A stretch of DNA of 61,914 nucleotides, filler included, from Basidiobolus ranarum (taxonomy: Eukaryota): NCBI GenBank assembly GCA_040143965.1. It is 8 parts of 8 records of this genome, joined end to end, with 100 filler letters (N's around TTAATTAATTAA, not from the genome) between each part and the next. Parts side by side here need not be neighbours in the genome. Positions count along the whole stretch, not along the records: positions 46,548 to 54,184 come from JASJQH010007964.1; positions 54,285 to 61,914 come from JASJQH010007965.1; 6 more parts are not named here. One strand, given 5' to 3'. The position numbers were made by a program, and so were the translations under genes. Every line of letters begins with the position of its first letter. Within the stretch, counting starts at the first letter, position 1. Positions 49,837 through 61,914 of the stretch are shown piece by piece. The notes beneath the pieces are model-generated. The model ran no database searches and had not been told where the DNA came from. It saw nothing but the letters and a program-made list of their open reading frames with translations.

Positions 49837-52800
49837 AGTTGAAATTAGGTAAAGAGCAACTCAATATTTAGTAGTTAGTTTATTCATATTCTGATTTTAT
49901 TGCACTTAATTCTGCTATTGAAAAACATATGTTTATTTCTCTAATTGATAGAAATAGCAATTGGATCACTTTTACAGATTTTCACTGTTTTCTCAAAACT
50001 TCTCTAAATCATCACTAATTTTCACCCTAGCTTGATAGGCATGTTTGTCATAATCTAAGCATGTCCATCAGTCTTATTTCATAGTAAACTATAAATAGGA
50101 CCAATTCCACTCAACAAAACTAAAGTGTGTAATGCACAAATGCAAATCTTGTCTATAGCATTTCCAAATTCCCTAAACACTTTTATTAGGATATGTGCCC
50201 CAAGCTAGCTGTCAAAGGAATGTCTATCAGTAATATTACCAATGTTTTGCATTCACAGAGAAGTTGAATGGTGAAGATTTTCACCTTTGGAAGTTCAACA
50301 TGCAAATGATGCTAGTAGAGAAGGCCCTTTGGGGGTTTGTTATAGAAGAAAAAATTGAGCCAAAGGGACCAGCCAAAGGAGCCTTACCTTTCACAAGAAG
50401 CAGAGGAAAGCAATTGTCACACTTTGTCTATATCTTGGAGACTCTCCATTGAGGTTTTTACAATGAGCCAAAAAAGTCCAAACTGCCTGGGAAACACCTA
50501 AGTAACTATAGGAGACTAAAAGCTGGCTAATAGGCTTTAATGCAGGCAAAAAATACTCTCAATCCAGATAAAATCCAATAAATCCATGCTTAATCATACA
50601 AATTGGGTAAGAGCTATTGCAAATCAGCTCTCATCAATTGGAGCACCTCTAACTGAAGATGACATAGTCATGGCATTACTTGGGAGCCTGCCAGAGAAGT
50701 TTGGAAACCTCACAATTGCTCTAGAATCAAGAACAGAGCCATTAACAATTGAATATGTTGGTACTAGGCTTTTGATTGAGGAATTACAGAGATGTAATTC
50801 TCAATAAAATAATGCAAAACAAGCATTTTTTGGAGCTGTAAAACATCCAACAGGCTTCAATAATGGTGCCCCTAATAAGAAATGAATCATCTGCAAGTAT
50901 TGCAAGAAAACAGGCCATTTAATCAAAGATTGCAGAAAAAGTATTTTTGCTAAAAAGCTAAAACTGGAAAAAGCAAAGCAAGTATGCACAAATAGGGAGC
51001 ATCTATCTGTGTCTGCCCTATTCGTAACCACTTAAGAAGACTCAGAAACATGGTACATTTATTCAGGAGCTTTGCAACATGGATCAAACAAGAAAGATTG
51101 GGTTTCCAGCTACAAACCCAACCAAAAAAAGAAAGTCTACTTAGATGATTACTATGTAGGGATGCAGTTGGTAAGGGCACAGCTGTGCCCAATTTAGACC
51201 AAGATTTCAGCTAAATCATCTTTAAAACTGGATGATGTACTCTGTGTATCAAATATACCAAAGAATCTACCCTCAGTAAGCCAAGCAATAACTCAAGGAC
51301 TAATTTTTGTGCTCAGCAAGGCTGGATGCACTATCACAGATTTGAAGAACACCCAATTAGCCACTGGGATCAAAGCTCAAAACTTTTACAAGCTAGAAAT
51401 CACAAATGGCTTTCTGATCATGCAAGCTTAGCCAAATCCAGTGAAATAAATAATCAAACATGGCATAAAAGATTTGGCCACATTGGGGAACAAAAACCAA
51501 CCCATATAATCCAAAATCATCTTGATTCAGACTTGAAATTTAAAAAATCACCAAGTTGGATCTGTGTGAAGGTTGCATATATTGAAAGCATCACAAACAG
51601 CCATCTTCAAGCTCTGGTGAGTTCAAATCCACTCAGAATTTTACCCTGATTCATTCTGACCAAGATGAGTGCAAGAAAACTGTCTCACTAGGTGGGTCAA
51701 GGTAATATACAACTTTTATTGCTGACAAAATAAGATATACATGGGTATTCTTTCTCAAATCAAAATCCAAAGCCTTAGCTTCTTTCAAACACCACAAAGC
51801 AAAGGTTGAGAAAGAATCAGCACAAAAATAAGGGTTCGTAGGAGTGGTAATGGTGTTGAACACTGTGCCAAAGACTTTGCTAGTCTTTGTTCTAACCATG
51901 AAAGTAAGTGACAAACCACTGTGCCATATACTCCACAGATAAATGGAGATGCAGAACATGCTAATAGGACCATAGTGGTGATGGCAAGTTCAATGTAAAA
52001 TGAGCAAATGTTAGAATACCAAAAATTGCCAAACCTGTCGTCAGTGCAGTCAATATCAAAAACAAATTCCCAACAAGATTGCCACAAAAATCTTTTCTAT
52101 TTCAGCCCCTACGTAAATCAAAATCCAGTGAGGATCACCACAGGATCTTTAGCTGCATAGCATATTACCTGATTCCAGCTCATAAATGTTCCAAATGAAA
52201 ACCTAAAAGCGGAATATGCATATTTTTGGTTACTGTGATGGATCTAAGGCCTACAGACTGTTTGATACCAGAAATTAGAAGTTAAATAAGAGCAGAGATG
52301 TGAATTTTGTTGAGAAAGCATATTTTTGCCTCAAAACACAGTTTGTGATCCACAAAACCCAATCAGCACTATTCAGGAAGTGTCTGACACAAATCCAGCA
52401 GTATCTGAGCCCTGTTCAACCAAATTTCTAGTCCCAATCACATCAGAGAGTGATTCATGATCTAGAGATTATCCAGCAGGAAAAAAAGCTAGAAAACTGT
52501 TTGAACACTTCCAATGACAAAGTATATGCTGATTCAGCAATGTGTGACAAGCCACAGAGTTCAGATCAAGCTCTTGAGTGGATAGAAACAAATTTATGAG
52601 AAAAAGCAAAGTCTGATGAGTATACTTCACTTCAGGAAATAAAAATATAGGTTTTAAATCCTCTAACATCAAGGAGAAAGTAAACTGGTTGCAAATGGGT
52701 TTGAAAAGTTAAGAACCAAGCTGATGGAACCGTAGAAAGGTACAAAGCAAGAATAGTTGCAAAAGCTATTCCCACACTCCAGGGGTTGATTTAAATGATA

Positions 52801-53774
52801 CATTTACTCCCCTAGCTAAATTTAGCTCCATTAGAATAATACTGGCACTCTCAGCTGTCCATAACCTTGATTTACATCAAATGGACATACAAACACCCTT
52901 TCTAGGTGGTAATCTAGAAGATATCTATATGAAGCAATCAGTGGACTTGTTGACCCAAAACACCCTGATGTGGTCTGTAAACTGCAAATACTGCTAAGCA
53001 AGCACCTGGGGCATGGTGAAACAAGAAAGATACCTATTTCAAATCACTGGAATTCCAAAAATACACATCAGGTCATGGTTTTTACATCAATACAACCAGT
53101 AATATGATCCCTATCTTGGCACTCTATGTGAATGACTTGATCATAACCACAAATGATCAAGAAGCACATAATCAGAAAAAGGCAGCTTATTGAACCACTT
53201 TCAGAAGACTAATATGGGTAAGTTAAGTTACTTTCTTGGAATCCAAATCAAGAGAGATAAACCCAATCAGAAAATCATACTACATCAGTCTAAATACACC
53301 CTAAATATCCTAAAATGCTTCAACATGGTGAATAGCAAGCTTGTATCAACACCAATGGATTCCAATATGAAATTAATGAAAAATTATCCTACTTGGCCCA
53401 AAGTAACTCAAATCAAAGCCAGGAGTTCCCTTATTAATACATGGTGGGTAGTTTAATGTATACAATGGTTGCATCTTGTCCACACACTGCAGTAGCAGTT
53501 GGAACTATCAACTAATATCTCAAAAATCCAGGATCTGAGTACAAGACTGCAGTCAAACAATTATTCAGATATTTGAGAGGAACTTGAGGTCTAGTTTTGG
53601 AATACACTGCTACTTCTGATGTACAAAATTTTGAAGGCTACAGTACAAATCCAATAGTCCTATTTCTTAGAGAACTTTAAATAGCACATATTTGATTCAA
53701 TGAAGCTTAAATGTCTAATTCAGCAATGCAAATCTTGCCCACATCACTTCCAAATCCCATAAGCATTTTTACCA
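49837..53774 (+). mobile_element. Near full-length degenerate copia family-A element
   Basis: LTR ~49837-50188, PBS GGATATGTGCCCC, gag with CKYCKKTGHLIKDC knuckle, WHKRFGH, integrase, RT (ERYKARIVAK, LYVNDL), RNase H start, partial 3' LTR ~53648-53774. Confidence 0.9.
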
Positions 53775-54184
53775 GAAATGCAGGTTTTTTGACTAATGAA
53801 ACACAACTTTGTTTATCTCCAAATATAGTAATATCATATTTTGCATGTATCCCAAGTCTGTAAATTACTGCCTTCACCACATAGCTTCTTGTGTAGTGAC
53901 AGAGGCAGCCATACTGTCTTTTTCTCTAGTACAAGTGCTATGGTTTGATGCTCCTTGCTAATCCAAGTTATGGCTCCATTACCATGAAGAAAACTATACC
54001 CAGTTGTTTATCTTCTATCATCAATATTTCTACCCCAGTCAGCATCACTGTAGCCTCAAAATTTTCATACAGCAAGAGTGCAACAGTACCCTATAACTAA
54101 ATCTACAGTTTCTCTGATACACCTGAAAATTTATATTACTCTACTGCTGTGCTCAGATCTTGGATTTTTGAGGTATAGCCTGAG
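53775..54184 (-). mobile_element. Copia RNase H fragment in inverted orientation
   Basis: GYSDADWGR, TTGY, AITW on the minus strand. Confidence 0.85.
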
Positions 54185-54284
54185 NNNNNNNNNNNNNNNN
54201 NNNNNNNNNNNNNNNNNNNNNNNNNNNNTTAATTAATTAANNNNNNNNNNNNNNNNNNNNNNNNNNNNNNNNNNNNNNNNNNNN
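54185..54284. other. Artificial contig linker
   Basis: N44-TTAATTAATTAA-N44. Confidence 0.99.
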
Positions 54285-55895
54285 CATAAAGCCACTGCAG
54301 GATTTGTGATTTCCGGATATGAACCGGTTTAGAATCACTCCAGCCGAGTTCCCTTATCTGTCGAAACAGGAATTTCCAAAGGCCCGAAAGAGCTATCACA
54401 AAGATCAGTGATCCTTTTTAGCTTTGAACAGATATCTTAACGTTCAAAAAGTACAAATTGAATTCAAGGAGTCATATCAGCTTTCTCTAGAGGTGAGAAA
54501 GGTGTTCGAGTAAACCCACAGCATTAATCAGGCTTGGTTGGTAATCCGACTGTTACAGTCACTGACTCATTGTGTACATACGTTATCAAGATAGCTGATC
54601 TTGGCTTTTTCAAACTACCAAAGGTAAAATGGTAGAATAACAACGGGCGACCTTCATTTTAAAATCAGAATTTTAGAGACTCGAGCCTCATTCATTTTAT
54701 ATATCTAGCTACAGATGCTCTCACTTGTGAGAAAATATCTACATTTGTACTTTCATCAAATATGTAACATTAAGTCTGGTCATCTTTTCCAGCCGTGTTT
54801 TTCGCGTAACAAAGATCAATCGGAACTAAATAACTGATAACAGTTGACTGGTAATCGATGTTGAAATAATTCTTAATACACAGAAGACTTAAAAAACAAA
54901 CATCCATGAAAGTTGGACCTTACCTGGCATTCGCTAGAGAATACAAGTCTACCATTTGAGTGTCAGCAAGGTGAAAAAAATTTAGAGGCTTTTTCACTAG
55001 TTAGCTGAATAGTGCTCACTTGGAAAGCAATGGTTATGGAAGTCAGAGGCAGAAGAAAGCCATGTCTGGTATCACAGCACCTGTGTTAAATCCCTATTTT
55101 AAACTTTCCACACACAACCATGAGATATTTGTTACATGGCTATTTGGTATCATACCACATATAATTCTAGGCTCTGGTGTATAAACACTCTGTATGCATT
55201 TTGAGATTGTGGTGCATCAACTGGATCTACTTGGCATAAGTCATGTATTAAGAAGAAGTATTTATTGGAGATTACTCTCGATGTCATCAACATGAAAATC
55301 ATTTATTACCGCATTAATATAAAACTAGCAATATGCATACTTTGGAGTTTTCCACAGATCTGAATCCGCAAAGACATATTGAATGCTAATATAAATATAT
55401 ATGTGTACAATGCAAGACTTGCTAAGACCTGAAAGCAAGCAAATGCAGCCTGTAAACAAAATCTAAATCTTGGCATCTGATTTTGGAAGCCAAAACTACT
55501 TCGTTAGGAATATATCCCCTAAGATATGGTAATGATATGTGAATTGAACTCCTAGTTGATAGACTGGTCATAACCAACATTCGGATGGTATTTTATCCAA
55601 TCATTGATTAAGAATGGTATTGCTGGTAATAGCATTTCCGTCTCAACTGATAATTGGTACTGCCTTTTCACTACAACCATTTAAAACCTTTCAACTTAGG
55701 ACCTTAATTCACCTAGCTTCATTTTAACCCCTCTCTTAGCCCTTTTCTCATTGACCTAACTCATCTTCAGTATTCCTTCTTGACTTCTGGATAGGAACTC
55801 AATTCACCTCAATACCTTTAATAGCAGAGTTTTTAAAACCTTCAAAACAACGCACTCTCTTAAGCGCATATTGTACTTGGTGCTTTCACTCTATA

Positions 55896-57880
55896 ATGAA
55901 ATTCTTTAGCTCCAATCCCGTCTCAGACAATATAGGTATAAAAACTCATAGCTCTATGCAATTCAGAACGAGGCACATGTAAGACTAAAAGAAACTTTTT
56001 TGCCTTCTGTAGATAAGCTTGTCAAAAAACCTGATATTTCTCAGGAAGATATAAAAGATTTATGTAACTTAATGAACTCAAGAGAAACTGGGTACGATTG
56101 TTCGAACAATCTGAATCTTATGCAATAATTGAGTTAATGTTTTCCTTCAGCACTAAGGAAGCTGCCAAATCTTTGCAAAGCAAGCTCAAATCAAAAGATT
56201 TCCACGTAGTCTTGGCTAGTTTATCGGTATATCGTTCTCCGTTAATTGTCTATCGTATTGTTGCTAATATAATGTTTTTTATAATTTTCTAAGCTTTGTG
56301 AAGCGCTAGTTGAACAGTGTGGAGAGAAATTCAATGGTATGCGTATAAATATAATCTTAAAATGCTATGCATGTTACTTGAATACTGACTGAATTTTCAC
56401 AATACTCGTAACCTTGAACTTTATTCACGTAGGTCACATTATTTCGGATAAATTTCTTAATACACTACAGAAGTTAGTCATTTCCAGAGTAAGATTTGAG
56501 CAGTATTCTCTATATTGAGTTCAACAAGGAAATATCTAAAAGACCAACAATATCCATCGTTTTTAACTGTCAGTATAGCGAAGTTGTTGTGCGAAATCGT
56601 GTAATAGAATTGCTTCAGCTCTGGGTGATTACCTTTGAGAATGAGCCAAGGATGGCTCCGGTTAAGGAACTATACGAGAAGCTAATCTCTGAAGGTACTT
56701 CGATCAGTTTTATTAAACGCTTGTTCCATATTTGATTAATCATTCTCGATCTTTAGGCAGTATTTCTCTGGTAGTTGATCTTGATATCGCGCATGGTTGA
56801 TTTTCTTGGAAATATAATTGAATTAATTTTATAATTAGGAGAATAACCAGAGTAGAGCTATGTCCGAGAGCCAGTCAGACATTCAACTTGTGAGTTTATT
56901 ACTCTTATGCGACGATTAATGTTCTTATGGAAATTTCTAACCTTGAGTGTATATCAGACACCCGAACACATCGATAATTCTATCAGCTCTGCCAAAAGTT
57001 ATGCACAAATGTTGGCTGAGGCTCTTGCCTTCACAGATCCTGAAACTACTGATGTCACTAAAGATGACTTGATTCAGGTAGACAGCAACAAAGAATATCA
57101 ACTGAAGTTTCAATTTTTAACGAATCATCTGTTTAGGAATTTTATGGCAAGTGTAAATCCTCTCAAATCACGATAGCGAAATACCTTGCACTCATTGATA
57201 ACGAGGCCAAAATAAGTACGCTCTTAGTAAATCGGATTGTCTGAGTAACTGACATATTGATGATGTATTATTATATTGCATTCTTAAGGTTTGCTATTGA
57301 GAGTTAACCAAGAGCTCATTAACACACTTAATCATTATAATGAGATGGTTGAGCGCCAACTCGTTGCAGCAGCTACCAAAGCATCGTTAACCGAATCAGA
57401 GAAGCCCGTAAGTTTATTTGCCTACTTTTTTATGAAGCAAAGCTATTTAAACTGACTGACTTAGGAGTTACCCGATCTTATTCAACACGAACCTCTAAAC
57501 GGAACTAGCTCCGGGTAAGTCATATACTTTCAATTTAGTTCTATATATAACTTACGTATGAACACAGTACTTCTCACTCAAGTCTGGCATCCGAACATGA
57601 TCAAGATCCATTTGCAGATCCTAGCACTAGCCAACCTTCAGACAAAAAACTTGGGTAAATAGGAATTCACCTTTCTGACTATCAACTTACAAACCATGAA
57701 TAACTAACTTGTATTGACAATTTTATAGTAAACGTCCAGAGTATGACGGTATGTTTAGTTAATCAATCTTTCCACAATGATTCTGTTGATATTTACGTGT
57801 TTTTAGCATTCGAATCCACAAATGATGATTCTGGATTGCAGAAGCCCTTAGTTCCAGTAGCAACTCATGCGATTATTTGA
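55896..57880 (+). CDS. VHS-GAT domain trafficking adaptor (Tom1/Lsb5-like), ~15 exons
   Basis: VHS: KEAAKSLQSKL, LCEALVEQCG, VRNRVIELLQLW, VKELYEKL. GAT: AKSYAQMLAEAL..DDLIQEFYGKC..LLRVNQEL. C-terminal DPFAD; 14 GT-AG introns. Confidence 0.8.
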
Positions 57881-58786
57881 GTCATACTTCAAAAGCCAGT
57901 ACATTTTGATGTTATAGTTGATATTTTCGTTATCTTTTGCCTAATTGAAATACAGGATTTCTTCCCTCCCCATTTCCCTAGCTTTATTTCCCTTGCCTTC
58001 TCACTTTCTCCCAGTGGATGGTTTCGTGACTGCGTCTTATAATATTGAGTTAGACCTCTATTTTTGCTTCATTAATAAATTCTAAGTTATGAACTATTCT
58101 TATTTTCTACCATGATCCTGATGTCCCTTCGAATAATGAAACAGTGGAAGTCTCTTGGATACTCATCACACCCAAACGGACTTCAGCTGGCGATTTCTCA
58201 ATTTCCACGATATTATGGTAGATGATGGGATTTTTTATTTCGATTTCTTATGAATAAGTTAAATAAAAGGATACAATAAGTATAAACTTGGATATATATG
58301 AATATCGATGGTTCACATCATACTTGTTGCCATTAGAAAGAAAACAGACAGTGTATCTATCTGTGATCATCAATAAAATCCTTGGGAGCGCATGTGCCAC
58401 TAGTACTAAGGATTGGGTTCCTTTTACACTACAAATGGAGAGAAATGAATGGTGCCTGCCAATCCAATGTCATCAAGAATATTTAAAATCGTTTAAATTA
58501 CATGAAATCTTGCTCGTCACTAAAAAGTGAGAAAGATAAAGAAAAGGAGAGATAAAAAGAGCTTTACAAAATCAAAGGAGCTCGAATAATATGATCATGA
58601 ACCTCATACTTTCCTACATTCGATGGTGCTATGATTGTCCATATATTCTCACCAGTAAATTTCAAAGGAAAGGAATCAATCAATGAGGATCGGAGTAAAA
58701 ATGAGAATGGAGATCAAGACTGTATATTCTCCAATATTCTATGTTTGTGTATGGTCAACTTCCAGTCCCGCTGTAGACGGTTGTAT

Positions 58787-59427
58787 TTATAATAGAGAAT
58801 CGGCTTTGTTACGGATTTCCTTGACCGTACTAAGAAATAATACAAATGTTGTGATGAAGTTGGCTTGGAAGGAGTGATCATCAAAAGTAGATCCCTTCAT
58901 CGGCTTGACTTCCGGGTTTAATAGGTGATTTGTGATTTGCATGATCTTGGTAGCGTGATTCAATCGGCTTATCATTAACACCGGTTCCTCTAATGGAATC
59001 AAATTATTATCAGTATATTAAGGCAAAATAATGGTGACTAATTACCTTGACTCATTTCGCGTTTATAATGAAACACTTTCTTAAACCAGATGGTCAGCTT
59101 GGACTTGTTAGATCTCCCCAGAATCTCTATGCCAGCCCGTTGAAGTTCGTGGAGTTGCTTGGTAGTGGCAACAAAGTTATCTACCGCCTGATCGAAACGT
59201 ATTAGAGTGGGTTCTAAATGTTCGGGCTCGCATTGATCTACTTTATCTAACATAAGGGTACCCACTATACTAGGATTCTCTAGAAGCTTACTAACTAACC
59301 GGAGACTTAATATCATCCGCTTCACTGAATTAAGGTGCTCGATTTGCTGGCGATTCCCGCAGGTAGGTAAGATAACTGCTTCTGGTTTAATGATGGTCAA
59401 GTTATCAGAAACTTTAGTCATGGTCAT
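58787..59427 (-). CDS. Orphan helical protein (~190 aa), 2 exons
   Basis: The phase-1 intron CAAG|GTAATT...CATTAG|AG joins ORF 59038-59601 in frame to ORF 58787-59002; normal CpG content. Confidence 0.65.
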
Positions 59428-61465
59428 ATTTGTGAAAGGTAAGAGGTGGAAGAGAAGTATCGTTGTGCTTTGTTTACAATATTGAGAGTCCAAGAACTGA
59501 GTCAAAGAAGCCAAGTTCCAGTTCAAGGAATGGATAAATATATCAAAGAAACTGACAAAAATAATCGAACAAGAGGATTGAACAAGGAGCAATAACAACA
59601 AAACATCGGTTGTCTAACGCCATAAGATTTTATAGAAAAAGGTGTGCGACAGAGCTCTATACGATTACCAGAAACTTTCCTGTTTTGAACAATGAGAGTA
59701 ACCAAATAAACTCAATACCAATTGGAAACAATGGAGTTCTAAATTTAGAAGTTCTCTCACTTTTCTACATTGGTTGAACAACGGCCGTATACGAGCTTTG
59801 TTGGTTCGTATCCAGGATAACTTATTACCTTTGTAAATCTGGCTGATATTTGTCATTCTTTATTAAATGATGAAACTCCGTTTTCATAACAGGAAATCCT
59901 TTGTGTATAGTACCGAAAGTAAAAGATACCATTTTCTTCATTTTTCCAATCCTGGTGAGAGAATACAAATTAGTTTGAAACCGATGCTAAGTGGGGGAAG
60001 CTTCCAATTTTGAATTGTTTAGATTAGAATCATGATCGTGGACAAAATGAGTTTCCGGATTCAATAAGACGTCACTAGGCGAGGTTTAACCAATAGAGTA
60101 GGTTGCTTGATCAGTTGATGATCGTCATTCGAAATTTGGGCTAATCTCATCTCCGTTGTGTTATTTGATACCAACGGAAACGCCAGTAATTATAATGACT
60201 TAAATTGATCATTGATAAAGGCACATTATCTAATCATAATAGCAGGTCAGTACAGGTCCCGTTTGGAACAATATCCAGATAGAATACCTGAAAGAGTATC
60301 AGAATCACAGGCGTTACATTGGTACGAATATGTTTACGACGGAGAGTGTTGTGATAGAGCTTTCAAGATTAAATAAGATTGCTTGAGCAGAGGTTGCATC
60401 CGCGTCTATTAAACCCAAAAACTGCAGGTTGATCGATGAACTTGTTTTAAATTGACATCTGGCAATGAATGATGATATCTTAATAATCATCTACTATTCG
60501 GGGGCTACCTTGCAGATATGTTGAGGTTTGAAGGCTGGCTATATCTCTCATATCTGGAACCAAACCACTCTTGCTGCTAGAGGAACTTTGTGGTGTTTAT
60601 TTCGCTCAGATATACCTAAAAGCATTTCATAGTACATTCGTGACTGCAGGTATGACGACAGATATCATGGTTGCTGGGTATCTACTATCGTGTATGATGT
60701 CAAATACTTCGTAAACGTAATGGCTCGCCTCTTCGTTGCGGCTCGCACATCATACATACAATCAGCTGGAACTCAGACTTCAACCATCTTTGGATAGAAG
60801 TTGCAAGCTAGACTTGGGCTAATCTGGTCACCATCCCTCTCACATGAGTTTCATTTGGAATTATTAATTTCGATATTGTCCAATAGCACATCAAATGGCA
60901 AAGTAGATCAGGTATATTCCACATCAATTCTCACGACGTAGACATTATGCTTGGCTAAGAGCTAGCCAATAGCCTGTTGATCCCATCGCTACAGGTGGGG
61001 AATGAATATATACTCCACCAGTGCTTGAAATGTTTCAATATGTATCGAATCACATTGCAAAGCATGCGCTTTTCAATCTTGGTGTTGATTGAAAAACTGG
61101 GTCCAAAGTTCGTGTCCACCTTCCAATAATCGGAGCAACTCGTCGCGGATAATTTGTGAGTACTCCTGTGTCTTACAGGATTTCTTTGTACACATCGATC
61201 TAAATATTTCACAACACGAGATTCCTTTGTTGGCTCTTCGCACCACTTAATGGGCTACAAATTAAAATACTTGGTGAGGAGAGTTGGGGTTTAGTGTCGG
61301 CGTAAAAATCTGCTCATTTTGCCATGGTGATGACTCACTTGACATTTAAAGCATAATGAAATATTATCTCTTCACAAAAGCCAGTATTGATGTATGACGA
61401 GGCTTGGAAACGAAGGGATACTTAAGCATCGATTAGGCTCACTGATTACTTGTACGTCTAAACAA

Positions 61466-61914
61466 ATGATCAACCCACCTAATACTTTTGTGTATAAGAA
61501 AATCGGAGCGACTACGATTTATGCGGACGTTTATGCGCCCTCCAAATCCTTACCCCAAAAGGTCCCTGTAATACTCTATGTTCATGGTGGATACTATATA
61601 CGTGGAGATCGGAAGTTAATTCCCTCCGTCATTATCCAGGAGGCTTTCCAACGTAATTGGGTCCTTGTCTCTATTGATTACCGCCTTGCACCTGAGACCA
61701 AACAACCAGATATTCTTTGTGATATCCAAGATGCATATACATGGATCCGTGAACAGCTACAAGATGTGTGTAGTTTCTCTATCGATGTTTCGAAAATCAT
61801 TATTGTTGGTGCTTCAGCCGGAGGGAATGCAGCGTTGCTATCTGGACACTACTGTTTACCAAAGCCAACAGCGTTGGTTGGAATTTATCCGTACAAGGTT
61901 TGCAGAAAGATTAC
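61466..61914 (+). CDS. HSL-family alpha/beta-hydrolase (esterase), 3'-truncated; absent from the ORF track
   Basis: MINPPNTFVYK..VILYVHGG..SIDYRLAPE..DIQDAYTW..VGASAGG; open to the window end. Confidence 0.9.
   Translation, partial: MINPPNTFVYKKIGATTIYADVYAPSKSLPQKVPVILYVHGGYYIRGDRKLIPSVIIQEAFQRNWVLVSIDYRLAPETKQPDILCDIQDAYTWIREQLQDVCSFSIDVSKIIIVGASAGGNAALLSGHYCLPKPTALVGIYPYKVCRKI

Noticed and set aside
60480-61260. Exon-like pieces (e.g. VLEMFQYVSNHIAKHALFNLGVD) and ORF 60955-61212
   Set aside because: Stops in all frames and no identifiable family; may be a pseudogene but cannot be supported
1-61914. tRNA, rRNA or snRNA genes
   Set aside because: GTTCG-like words (e.g. 43025, 45510) lack cloverleaf context. 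None was recognised by eye; tRNAscan-SE/Infernal would be needed to exclude them

Overview
Eukaryotic (fungal) draft-assembly DNA, not one locus. Eight unrelated contigs are joined by an artificial 100-nt linker (N44-TTAATTAATTAA-N44) and sorted by descending length (7676, 7666, 7662, 7657, 7646, 7640, 7637, 7630 bp), so synteny only means something within a contig. Gene content and short GT-AG introns indicate a fungus, probably early-diverging (Basidiobolus-like is my inference only). Contigs 1, 5 and 7 are graveyards of nested, almost CpG-free Ty1/copia elements (half-tRNA-type PBS) plus a Ty3/gypsy element in contig 5. Genic contigs carry POM33/TMEM33; a CYP505/CYP102-like P450-reductase fusion next to a cyclase-family hydrolase and an SDR; a TMEM164 homologue; BDP1; KOG1/Raptor; the PRP8 C-terminus; SER1; an orphan 7-TM GPCR-like gene; a 15-exon VHS-GAT gene; an orphan 2-exon gene; and an HSL-family esterase. 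The most unusual signal is an intact, CpG-retaining foreign coding fragment (~669-1200, possibly viral) fused directly behind a copia LTR end, PBS and gag start. Next are the P450 fusion with Asn replacing the conserved I-helix acid, a TSD-flanked nested solo-LTR hotspot, and strong repeat-specific CpG loss. I cannot confirm a complete new biological system from sequence alone.
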